A program made the translations under genes and the position numbers. This document shows, piece after piece, positions 38,643 through 47,778 of a DNA stretch of 64,000 bases. Source of the stretch: Bryobacterales bacterium (GTDB taxonomy: Bacteria > Acidobacteriota > Terriglobia > Bryobacterales > UBA6623); the NCBI GenBank assembly GCA_965206775.1, contig CBDBKU010000002.1:2255796-2319795 (forward strand), read 5' to 3'. Position 1 is the stretch's first letter. Every line of letters begins with the position of its first letter. A model generated the notes under the pieces. The model did not search any database. It was given only the letters and a program-made list of their open reading frames with translations, and had not been told where the DNA came from.

Positions 38643-40812
38643 CTAGCCCATGTTTAACATCGCTCGACCTGCTCGTCGTCGGCCAACACCCCAATTGGCC
38701 CCTGAATTCCAGCATTTCGTGCGGAAAGCTCGCAGAATCGCGTGTTTTGTGGTTGGTGCCCCCCCCTAGCCTCTGCTTGGTTCATTGGCTTGCCAATCCG
38801 TGTATTTGTAGTGGTCGAAATTGTAGTGGTCGAATCATCGTTAACTTCCGGGTTTCGCTGGATTGTTCGCCCCCACTCCTGCTAGCCTGAACCTCGTGTT
38901 CATCCGCCGCTCGCTCTACCGTCGCGCTCCCGGTGGGACCTCCTATGCCAACTTTCGCTTGGTCCGCTCCACCCGTGTCGGCGGCCGCGTCAAACAGATC
39001 ACCCTCGCCAACCTCGGCTCCGGCTTCGACCTGCCCCAGCAAGACTGGCCCACCCTCTGCCAGCTCGTCGAAGCCCTGGCCGCCGGCCAGCCCTTGCCGC
39101 CGCGCGCCGCTGCGGCCTCCCTGGTCCGACGCGCCCGCTCCATCGCCCGCCAAATCGTCGACTTCCACGGCCTGGAATCCGCCACCGACTCCCCCGTGTT
39201 GCTGGCGGTCGATACCGATTCGCTCCAGAACCTGCGGCCGCGCTCGGTCGGCGTCGAACACGCCCCCCTGTGGGCCCTCAACCAACTTGGGCTGCCCGCT
39301 TTGCTGCAAGCCCTCGGCCTCTCCAGGCAACTCCAGGCCTGCGCTGTCGGCTCCATCGTCGGGCGCCTCGCCGGCCGCTGCTCCGAACGCTCCACCAATC
39401 ATTGGCTGCGTTCCGACAGCGCCCTGGGCGAACTGCTTGGCACACCCTTCGAAGCGATCTGCGCCAGGCAGCTCTATCGCGCCTCCGACGCCCTCGTGCA
39501 GAACCGCCCCAGCATCGAGAAACACCTTTTCCAAGAGGCGCTTTCGCTCTTTGACCTGCGTCCGAGCGTGACCCTGTACGACCTCACCAACACGTATTTC
39601 GAGGGCCAGGCCAAAGCCCAGCCCGACGCCCGGCGCGGCCATTCCAAGGAGCGCCGTTCGGACTGTCCCCTGCTCACTCTCGCGCTCGTGCTCGACGCCA
39701 GCGGTTTCGTGCGCCGCTCGCAGGTGTTCGCCGGCAACGTGGGCGAAGCCAAGACCCTGCAGACGGTGCTCGAGGGCCTCGCGGTGCCGCGGGGCGCGCA
39801 CGTGGTTCTGGACCGCGGCATCGCCACCGAGCAGAACCTGACCTGGCTGCGCGAGCAGGGCTACTGCTACTTGGCGGTCAGCCGCGAGGCCAAGCGCCAG
39901 TTCGACCCAGCCGAGGCAGCGGCTCTGCAAACAGCCTCCGGTGACCCAGTCCTGGTGCACAAGGTGATCAGCGAGGACGGCCAGGAGGCGCGCCTGTACT
40001 GCTATTCGCAGCAGCGCCAGAAGAAGGAGCAGGCGATTGAGGACCGTCGTGCGCAGAGCTTGGAGCAAGCGCTGGAGCAGCTGCACGCGGGGCTGTCGCG
40101 GCCGCGCGCACGGCGCAAGCTGGAGGCTGTGCACAAGCGCGTGGGCCGGATGGTCGAGCGCAGCAAGGGCGCCTCACAGCACTACAAGATCTCGGTCGAG
40201 GCCGATACGGCAGGCGAGAAGGCCGTCGCGGTGCGCTGGCAGCGCCAACCGAAGGCAGGCTCGCGGGCGACCCATCCGGGCGTGTACTGCCTGCGCAGCA
40301 ACGACACCAGCTGGCAGGCCGAAGCGATGTGGCGGGCCTACATCGGCCTCACTGATGTCGAAGCCGTGTTCCGCTGCCTCAAGTCCGAACTGGGCCTGCG
40401 GCCGGTCTACCACAGCAAGCCGGAGCGCTCCGAGGGACACCTGTTCCTCACGGTGCTGGCCTACCAAGCGGTGCAGCTGATCCGGCGCAAGCTCAAACAG
40501 CACGGCGAGCACTCGAGCTGGACCACCCTGCGCACGATCCTAGCCACCCAACGCCGGGTGACCACCACGATCCAGTGCGCCAACGGCCAGACGCTGCACT
40601 TGCGCCGGACCACCCCGCCGGAAGAGCAACTGCAAGCACTGTATCAGTCTCTCGGCATCGCGGAACTGCCCGGCAAGACCAGCAAAATCGTGCTCTGATT
40701 CCGGCCCGATCCACTTTAGCGCGCACTTTGTAGTGCAACCACGCTTCCATTTCTCCTCTTAAGGTATTTATTGTCAGTAGTTTACTGAAATCGCATGTTA
40801 AACATGGGCTAG
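38643..40812 (+). mobile_element. IS1634-family (IS4 superfamily) insertion sequence, 2170 bp
   Basis: It has perfect 18-bp terminal inverted repeats, CTAGCCCATGTTTAACAT (38643-38660) and ATGTTAAACATGGGCTAG (40795-40812). A subterminal TTGTAGTGGTCGAA repeat occurs twice at 38804-38834. A single long transposase ORF lies inside. Confidence 0.85.
38896..40698 (+). CDS. IS1634-family DDE transposase
   Basis: VFIRRSLYRRAPGGTSYANFRLVRSTRVGGRVKQITLANLG... is followed by YDLTNTYFEGQAKAQPDARRGHSKERRSDCPLLTLALVLDASGFVRRSQVFAGNVGEAKTL and VVLDRGIATEQNLTWLREQGYCYLAV. A GTG start at 38896 is proposed inside track ORF 38863-40698. Confidence 0.85.
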   Translation: MFIRRSLYRRAPGGTSYANFRLVRSTRVGGRVKQITLANLGSGFDLPQQDWPTLCQLVEALAAGQPLPPRAAAASLVRRARSIARQIVDFHGLESATDSPVLLAVDTDSLQNLRPRSVGVEHAPLWALNQLGLPALLQALGLSRQLQACAVGSIVGRLAGRCSERSTNHWLRSDSALGELLGTPFEAICARQLYRASDALVQNRPSIEKHLFQEALSLFDLRPSVTLYDLTNTYFEGQAKAQPDARRGHSKERRSDCPLLTLALVLDASGFVRRSQVFAGNVGEAKTLQTVLEGLAVPRGAHVVLDRGIATEQNLTWLREQGYCYLAVSREAKRQFDPAEAAALQTASGDPVLVHKVISEDGQEARLYCYSQQRQKKEQAIEDRRAQSLEQALEQLHAGLSRPRARRKLEAVHKRVGRMVERSKGASQHYKISVEADTAGEKAVAVRWQRQPKAGSRATHPGVYCLRSNDTSWQAEAMWRAYIGLTDVEAVFRCLKSELGLRPVYHSKPERSEGHLFLTVLAYQAVQLIRRKLKQHGEHSSWTTLRTILATQRRVTTTIQCANGQTLHLRRTTPPEEQLQALYQSLGIAELPGKTSKIVL

Positions 40813-41021
40813 ACGCGCCGATGCTTGGGGTTCGCCTGACTGACTCCGGAACAAGAGCGCAGCTCCTTCCGTGGGTCAGAGTTGTACGGCACTCGTTTCA
40901 AGCTCGGGACTAGCGACACACGATACTGGTTCATCGTTGCCTTGGCCGTCGCACAATCACATTGACGCTTCCGATCTTCCGCAATTCCTCCTCAACCCCC
41001 ATGCCCACCTGGACAGAGACC

Positions 41022-41699
41022 CTATCCTACGTGGCCTGCGATACGGCACGGCATCCACTGCCGAGTCCAGTGCCTGTCTGTCTGCACATGACCGACGCGA
41101 ACGCTCTTGCAGACGTTGTCCGAAAACTCTTCTGACGGAAATCCTCGCGCCAAACGTAACACGACACCCTCCCGCAGGCCACCAAGCAGGGATGGCTCGC
41201 GGTGGGCATGCTCAACGAACGCGCGTACCTCCGCGACGGAGCCGAAGCAGCCCTTGTACAGCACAGGAACGATCGGGATTTCCCTGGACTTCGCATATGA
41301 CTCGACGCGGGTGAAATCTGCAAACCGGCCATTGCCGTCCCGTAGCGCAAAGGCATAGAAGGTTTCCTGCTCCTTCACGGGGTCGTACGTGATGCTGTGA
41401 ACTCCGTAGATGTCCTCGCCATAGAGAGAAACCTCGGGCTCGGTCACCTTCCAGGCGTGATGCTTCTTAACCATCGCCATCCATTTGGCGCCGGAAGGTG
41501 CTGATACGCTACGCCCATAAGTCTTCCCTGCGTGCAGGAGTGTGTTGCTTCCGTCGAGCTTCTCAGTCACAACGACCGCGTCCCCTACGAATCGCTCCGC
41601 ATTGGCATGCACATGGTCACCCCGACCGATCGCTGGAGACCAAGGCCAGTACGGCGTGGCTGGATACTTGGCACGCAAAGAAAGACTCTCCATTTTCAT
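41022..41699 (-). CDS. RNA ligase family protein (PF09414/DRB0094-like nucleotidyltransferase)
   Basis: MKMESLSLRAKYPATPYWPWSPAIGRGD... is followed by VVVTEKLDGSN (KxDGxN adenylylation motif, K47), SLYGEDIYG, FYAFAL, and REGVVLRL...KSVR. The ATG at 41699 overlaps the upstream stop by 4 nt. Confidence 0.75.
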   Translation of the reverse strand: MKMESLSLRAKYPATPYWPWSPAIGRGDHVHANAERFVGDAVVVTEKLDGSNTLLHAGKTYGRSVSAPSGAKWMAMVKKHHAWKVTEPEVSLYGEDIYGVHSITYDPVKEQETFYAFALRDGNGRFADFTRVESYAKSREIPIVPVLYKGCFGSVAEVRAFVEHAHREPSLLGGLREGVVLRLARGFPSEEFSDNVCKSVRVGHVQTDRHWTRQWMPCRIAGHVG

Positions 41700-42187
41700 C
41701 GCCGGGGTCGCGCGGCCTTGGAGGCGTGTTGGGGACAGAGTTGATCCACCTTCACCCCGAGCGTCTCGGTCAGTGCCTTTTGCTCTTCCCAATCGCTGTC
41801 TGTAGCGTTCAGGAGAATGGCATTCGCCACGACTGCAACTGCCAAGAACTTCCGGTCCGACCGGTCCAACGTATTGTCCGGCAACTCATCGAAGCCTCGC
41901 CCATCGTCCGCCGACTTCGTGATGGCAACTCTTCGGACTCGATCGTTCCACCACTGATGGTCGATCAGGTACTTGAAGAACATGTGGCCCGCACCCGGCA
42001 TTCCGGAGAACCTTAGGCTTTTCCCGTACTCCTCGAGGATCTCGCCCGCTTCATCGATGGCGACGACCTCGTGCTTTGTTATGGAATTGATTCTCTGTAC
42101 ACATAGAAGTTGACATTCCAAGTCGAAACGAGTCGCTGCCAGATTGGCGAGAATCGCAACATTAGTGTCGACGACGAATGCTGTCAT
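41696..42187 (-). CDS. PIN-like domain protein
   Basis: 163-aa ORF. It has MTAFVVDTNVAILAN (D7), AIDEAGEILEEY, DRSDRKFLAVAVVANA and LLNATDSDW, four acidic positions spaced as in PIN nucleases. It has 4-nt overlaps with both neighbours. Confidence 0.6.
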   Translation of the reverse strand: MTAFVVDTNVAILANLAATRFDLECQLLCVQRINSITKHEVVAIDEAGEILEEYGKSLRFSGMPGAGHMFFKYLIDHQWWNDRVRRVAITKSADDGRGFDELPDNTLDRSDRKFLAVAVVANAILLNATDSDWEEQKALTETLGVKVDQLCPQHASKAARPRR

Positions 42188-43545
42188 GCGGAATGCTCAA
42201 TCCTTCTCTTCAAGGAAGCTTCACTGATTGCGGCGATCTCGCCCATTTCGTCGCCGAAGAAGTTTTCCGGCCAGTTCTCGATCAATCCCCATTCATTCAA
42301 CCGCAGATCAGAAACGCTTGATGCCCCTCGCTGCGAAGTGACGAAATAGAGTTTCACGTCGTCAGAGGATACCCTCCCTTCAGCTACGCGACGCTGCAGA
42401 CGCCGCATCAGGTGCTCGCTGTGACTCTCGACAATGACCTGCACATTTCGCTCTGAGGCCACACTCAGCATTACGTCGGCAAGTCCGCTTTGTACGGCCG
42501 GATGCAAATGGATCTCCGGCTGTTCCATCAGCACCGCCGAGCCTTCCGGGACATAGTAGAGCAGAACCAATACAGGAAGAATTTGGGAGACTCCGAATCC
42601 GACGTCCACCAGTGACGTCCACGGCCCCTTTGGGGATGTTCTCACCATCGCGCGATACAAGTTGGTTCCCTTGGCGATTTCGTTGAGACGGAAGTCCTCG
42701 ATCAAACCAAGCTCTTTCAGCCAATGGGCGATCATTTCCTGGAATGTTTTTCGCCACATTCGGTATCCGAGACTCCTCGTCTCGTCGTCACGAGTCGCGG
42801 CAAGTATTGCGTCTACCGTGCGCTCGCCCCGGAGGCCGACGTCCTTAGGGCTCGACCCGGCCCAGCGATACTCGCGCCTAGGGTACTCGCGTAATGGTCC
42901 GAGATAGTAGACCGAGTCCATTCGGTTCTCGTACTCCAACTCGAAATCAGCGAGAAAATCCGAGTTCTGGACGTAGTTCCTCACTTGGTTCGGAAACAGG
43001 TGCGTCTTGACCGGGCGTGGCAGGGGCCAGGCTCGGCCCTGAGTGCGTACGAATCGGAATTCCTGGTCACCTGCGTCCAGCTCGAAGTCCTCTTCCGAGT
43101 CGGCCTGTGATTGCAACCTGAACTCTGTCTCGGCGAACCGGTATGCCAAACGGTAAGGCCAGGGACGCGCCCGCCTCAATCCGACTTCGCACTCCGTGCT
43201 GAGGCGGTCACCCCTGAACAACGGTCCCTTCGTAGGTCTCATGGGGTCCACAATCTTCAGCGTCTTGGGGAGCGTCCACTCCAATAGCCACCGGATCCGC
43301 GCTTCGTCGTCATGACCATGAGCGACTTCCGTGAAAGTCCCTAGGTTCACCATGTCCGCCGGACCGCCAAAATCGAGCACAATGCCACGGTCGGTGGCGT
43401 TTCTGGTCTGCTTTAGCAACAGGAGGAACTGCAGTAGGCTGCTCTTACCCGCGCTGTTGCTACCGAAGAAACCAGTTACCTTGCCAAGGTTCAAATCGGC
43501 TTCTCGCCAAGCCTTGAAATTCTCCAGCTTCATGCGGCTCAACAT
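42184..43545 (-). CDS. ABC/AAA_15-type ATPase with DUF3696-like C-terminus
   Basis: 453-aa ORF. MKLENFKAWREADLNLGKVTGFFGSNSAGKSSLLQFLLLL is the Walker A. VDVGFGVSQILPV is signature-like. GSAVLMEQPEIHLHPAVQ is the Walker B/D-loop. VIVESHSEHL is the H-loop. The C-terminus reads LNEWGLIENWPENFFGDE. Confidence 0.8.
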   Translation of the reverse strand: MLSRMKLENFKAWREADLNLGKVTGFFGSNSAGKSSLLQFLLLLKQTRNATDRGIVLDFGGPADMVNLGTFTEVAHGHDDEARIRWLLEWTLPKTLKIVDPMRPTKGPLFRGDRLSTECEVGLRRARPWPYRLAYRFAETEFRLQSQADSEEDFELDAGDQEFRFVRTQGRAWPLPRPVKTHLFPNQVRNYVQNSDFLADFELEYENRMDSVYYLGPLREYPRREYRWAGSSPKDVGLRGERTVDAILAATRDDETRSLGYRMWRKTFQEMIAHWLKELGLIEDFRLNEIAKGTNLYRAMVRTSPKGPWTSLVDVGFGVSQILPVLVLLYYVPEGSAVLMEQPEIHLHPAVQSGLADVMLSVASERNVQVIVESHSEHLMRRLQRRVAEGRVSSDDVKLYFVTSQRGASSVSDLRLNEWGLIENWPENFFGDEMGEIAAISEASLKRRIEHSA

Positions 43546-44259
43546 CTTTGTTACCCCTGCAAAGCATTGTAGATCCTAGGGCACGAATCGCACCCGGCCG
43601 TCTAGCGCCCAATCACAGTTGAGACGGGGACTGCTCTCGATGTAGAGCGGGAGCAGTGCGGGTAGGGCTCCGCATATTGAAGCCGGAGACGGTGAGGTGG
43701 CTGCCACGGGAGTTGCGGTGGGGAGCTGTCGCAGGCGGCTCTGGGGCGCGGGCTGTGCGAGCGGGACGGGTGGCGCAATCCGCGCGGGCGGCTGTACGCG
43801 GCCTCGGCGCGCAAGGCCATGCCGCGACTGGCGGTCCAGCTGGGGCTGGAGTTGCCCGCGGCGCAGCCGGACCCGCCGCGCTGGCGTTCCCGGCAGCGCG
43901 GGAGCGAGTCGCCCTTGGCGGAGACCGTGTGCGAGGGCAGCCCGCTGGAACTAATCTACCTGCAGCAGAGAGGGACAGCGCCGCCGCGTCTCTTGGCTGT
44001 CCCCGGCCGCAACGTCCCTAAAGCGACCGGAATGCCGCACCGCAGCCTGCCGGCGAAACCTCCTGCGCGGCTGGCGGGACCGCCTCTCCCTCCCGGCGTT
44101 TTCCGACGGCCCTTCCGGAATCGAGAAAGGGCGTGAAGGTTTCTACTTATCGGCAAGAATAGGCTGAGCCAGTCCTTGTATCGTGCACCGTGGGGGCTTA
44201 CGATACACGTGCCGGGAAGTCCCACAAGGGGAAGCCTGGCTGACACAGGAGGATTGGTC

Positions 44260-47200
44260 ATGCGCTTAGGATATCGGCGTGCTTTGCTGCTAGCGACGCT
44301 TCTGCTTATCTTCGGCTCACTGGGTTGGGCTCAGACGACTGCCGAACTCGGCGGCACGGTAACCGACGCCACCGGAGCCGTCATTCCTGACGTGTCGGTC
44401 ACTGTTACTCACCTCAGTACCGGCGTGGCGCGGACGACCACGTCCAACGAACAGGGGTATTTTGTCGTCCCCTTCCTCCAACCGGGAGACTACAGCGCCA
44501 ACATCAGGAAGGAAGGATTTCGGCCAATCACCCAAACCGGAATTGTCTTGTACGTAGGCGAGCCGGCCCGCATCAATTTCGCCATGGATATCGGCTCGTT
44601 GACCGAAGAAGTGACAGTCACGGCCGCAGCTCCGCTCCTGGAGACGGCGACCCCGGCCCAAGGCCAAGTGATCGACAACCAGAAGATTGTGGACCTGCCG
44701 CTCAACGGCCGCGACTACATTCAGTTGGCACTGCTTTCTGCGGGTGCTGGTTCCGTGCCGTCCGGACGCTTCAATACGTTCAGCGCTAGTGGCATGCGCG
44801 CCAACCAGAACAACTTCATGCTGGACGGCGTGGACAACAACAGCATGCAGAGAGCCGGTCAGGCTCGGCGCGCAGAAGTCATCAAGCCTTCGATCGACGC
44901 GATTCAGGAGTTCAAGCTCTCGACGAACTCGTACTCGGCAGAATTTGGCCGAGGCGGAGGGGCCGTCGTCAATGTAAGCCTGAAATCAGGCACGAACGGG
45001 GTTCACGGGACCGTCTTCGAGTTTCTTCGCAATGAAACGCTGGACGCGAAGAATTTCTTTGATCCGCCCAACCGGCCCAGACCGCCCTTTAAGCGGAATC
45101 AGTTCGGCTTCGCGGTCGGCGGGCCGATTGTAAGGGACAAGACGTTTTTCTTTGGCGACTATGAAGGCTCGCGAATCCGCGAGTCCCGCACCGTCAACAA
45201 CACCATTCCGACTCCTCTGCAACTTCAGGGCGACTTCAGCGAGTTGCTTCCCGGTACGAGTATCTACGATCCCGCCACCTACGACCCAGCGACAAAGCAG
45301 CGCCAGGTTTTTCCAAATAACCAGATGCCCTCGTCCAGATTCGATCCGATCGGGGCTCAAGTGCTTTCTTTCTATCCAACTCCGAACAAGCCAGGGCTTA
45401 CCCGGAATTTCCTGTTCAACCCGCCGCGACCGGAAGATTTGGATCGTTGGGACGTTAAGGTTGACCACAACTTGAGCGAAAACGACCGCTTGTTCGTTCG
45501 CTACAGCGTCTCGGATAACCTCGTCGGGTCGACACCAAACCTGCCGGATCCTGCGTGGGGCGGAGGGCAGCTGGCCACACCATTTGATCACTGGGGAAAG
45601 AATCTACTTGTGAACTACAATCGAGTTTTTTCACCCTCATTCATCATGGAGATGAAAGCCGCGTGGAACAGGATCTTCACACTGCGCTCGTCTCCGATTG
45701 ACGTGAATGTCAATCAGCAGATAGGCCTGCAAGGAGTCGAGGTTGGCGATCCGGGCATGGCCCAGTTCACGGTTCAAGGTCATCAGACCGTCGGATTGGG
45801 TTCCTGGATTCCCAACAAGTCAGGAAGTCAGAATCGGCAGCTGATCGCCAATTTCACATGGATTCGTGGAAACCATACCGTCAAGTTCGGGATGAATTTC
45901 AACTGGCTGCAACACTTTCTCAACAATTCGTCGAACGCCCATGGCGTGTTCACTTACGACGGCGGATACACGCGAAACTCCGACACGCTCAGAGAAGGCA
46001 GTTCCGCCGCCGACCTGTTGCTCGGCACGACGACTCAGGCCCGGGTGTCCACTTGGGTTTGGGAGGACATGAGGCGGCCCTACTACGACAGCTACGTGCA
46101 GGATGAATGGCGGATCTCTTCGCGGCTGACGTTGAACCTTGGGCTGCGGTACGAACTGCATCCGCCTTGGGTGGATCGGAAGAATAACGGCGCGAATTTG
46201 GATTTCTCTAACCGCGCCGATCCGCGCATTGTGCTCATGAAAGACGGCTCGCGATTCGACCGGGCACTGGTCAGTACCGACACGAACAACTTTGCACCCC
46301 GAGTCGGGATCGTCTATCGCCTGACGGACAGTACGGTCGTGCGGTCAGGGTATGGATTCTTCTATGGCAACACAAACTGGAAGAACGTCTTGGCGACCGT
46401 CCCTCCTCATTACTATGCCGCTACAGTGCAAACGGACCGCGTGAATCCAACTCTGCTGTTGAAAGAAGGGCTGCCCCATGACTTGATCAGCCCGCAGAAC
46501 GCGCGCAACATCGGCTTTGGGCCGATCGACATGGACTTGCCCATGCCTTACACCCAGCAATGGAACTTCTCGATCCAGCACCAATTGCCGGGCCAAACGT
46601 TAGTTGAGATCGGGTACGTCGGCTCGGCGTCGAATCGACTCTCGAGAAACTACGACATCAATGTGCCGCTCCCGGGACCCGGTCCAGTGAACACGAGGCG
46701 CCCGATCCGCTCGCTGGAGGTGCCTCCGGATGGCACTACGATCGGACCGATTGCCGCCTTGGGCTACTTCGAGCGAACCGCGAACGCGAACTACAATTCC
46801 TTGCAGACGCGTCTGGAGAAGCGCTTGACGCACGGCTTGAGCGCGCTGGCAAGTTACACCTGGTCGAAGAATCTCAGCGACGGGCGCGGAGCTGGAGGCG
46901 TCGGCGCGACATCTGGTCTGCGGCCGCAAAATCCTCACAATCTCAGTGCCGAGCGGGCCCTGAGCGACGAGCACTTCGCCCATCGTTTCGTTGCAAGTCC
47001 GATCTACCAACTGCCGTTCGGGCGCGGCAAGACCTACCTGAACAATTCCCCCTCAGCGGTAAATGCTCTGCTGGGCGGCTGGACAGTGGCAAGCATCGTC
47101 ACTTTTTCGAGCGGTGGACGCGCAAACCTCAGTGTGCGAGGCAACCCTGCCAACACAGGCACGCCCAACCGGCCCAACGTCGTCGGGGACTGGCGACTGG

Positions 47201-47511
47201 ATTCTGGTACGCGATCCCTCGATGGCTGGTTTGATACTGCCGCCTTCGAGCGGAACCCGGCCTTCACGTACGGCAATGCTGCCCGAAATCTGATCGAGGC
47301 TCCGGGGCTGGTGAACGTAGACTTGGCCATTTACAAGGCCTTCTCAGTCACAGAGGATCTTACAGTGCAGTTTCGAGCCGAAGCGTTCAACGCATCGAAC
47401 ACTCCGGCCTTCAGGCGGCCGAACACACAATTCGGCAACCGGAACTTCAGTCTCATTGGAAGCGCTGGCAGGCCCCGGAATCTGCAGTTCGGGTTGAAAG
47501 TGATCTTCTGA
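44260..47511 (+). CDS. TonB-dependent receptor with CarboxypepD_reg-like N-terminal domain
   Basis: The ATG at 44260 follows AGGAGG (44248-44253). MRLGYRRALLLATLLLIFGSLGWAQ is the signal, followed by TTAELGGTVTDATGAVIPDVSVTVTHLSTGVARTTTSNEQGYFVVPFLQPGDYSANIRKEGF. The plug region is IVDLPLNGRDYIQLALL. The C-terminus is NLQFGLKVIF*. Confidence 0.9.
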   Translation: MRLGYRRALLLATLLLIFGSLGWAQTTAELGGTVTDATGAVIPDVSVTVTHLSTGVARTTTSNEQGYFVVPFLQPGDYSANIRKEGFRPITQTGIVLYVGEPARINFAMDIGSLTEEVTVTAAAPLLETATPAQGQVIDNQKIVDLPLNGRDYIQLALLSAGAGSVPSGRFNTFSASGMRANQNNFMLDGVDNNSMQRAGQARRAEVIKPSIDAIQEFKLSTNSYSAEFGRGGGAVVNVSLKSGTNGVHGTVFEFLRNETLDAKNFFDPPNRPRPPFKRNQFGFAVGGPIVRDKTFFFGDYEGSRIRESRTVNNTIPTPLQLQGDFSELLPGTSIYDPATYDPATKQRQVFPNNQMPSSRFDPIGAQVLSFYPTPNKPGLTRNFLFNPPRPEDLDRWDVKVDHNLSENDRLFVRYSVSDNLVGSTPNLPDPAWGGGQLATPFDHWGKNLLVNYNRVFSPSFIMEMKAAWNRIFTLRSSPIDVNVNQQIGLQGVEVGDPGMAQFTVQGHQTVGLGSWIPNKSGSQNRQLIANFTWIRGNHTVKFGMNFNWLQHFLNNSSNAHGVFTYDGGYTRNSDTLREGSSAADLLLGTTTQARVSTWVWEDMRRPYYDSYVQDEWRISSRLTLNLGLRYELHPPWVDRKNNGANLDFSNRADPRIVLMKDGSRFDRALVSTDTNNFAPRVGIVYRLTDSTVVRSGYGFFYGNTNWKNVLATVPPHYYAATVQTDRVNPTLLLKEGLPHDLISPQNARNIGFGPIDMDLPMPYTQQWNFSIQHQLPGQTLVEIGYVGSASNRLSRNYDINVPLPGPGPVNTRRPIRSLEVPPDGTTIGPIAALGYFERTANANYNSLQTRLEKRLTHGLSALASYTWSKNLSDGRGAGGVGATSGLRPQNPHNLSAERALSDEHFAHRFVASPIYQLPFGRGKTYLNNSPSAVNALLGGWTVASIVTFSSGGRANLSVRGNPANTGTPNRPNVVGDWRLDSGTRSLDGWFDTAAFERNPAFTYGNAARNLIEAPGLVNVDLAIYKAFSVTEDLTVQFRAEAFNASNTPAFRRPNTQFGNRNFSLIGSAGRPRNLQFGLKVIF

Positions 47512-47778
47512 GGTGACGGCCCGGGTTCCCTTTTCCGCATAAGCAGGGGCGTTGGCCGCTAGCCCTGGAGCGCATGGTGGCAAACGACGCTGACGGACAA
47601 TTGGCACGTTGTGCGTCCGCGGGGCTCCGGTCCAGTGTGTCAGCCCGATGCTCGCTTTGTGGGGCATCGGTTCGAGCTCGCCGCCTGCAATGACTGCGGG
47701 CACCGCGGCCGCGCCTGCCTCTGCAGTTGCTTCGGGAACTGTAGTTGCGGCGGGGTTGGAAACTGGCTATATCCGGCA

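Noticed and set aside
38782-40134. 450-aa minus-strand ORF overlapping the IS1634 transposase gene
   Set aside because: Its composition is low-complexity and rich in Ala, Gly, Leu, Arg and Gln, with no motifs. It lies exactly antisense to a transposase that has clear family motifs. It is a typical high-GC shadow ORF.
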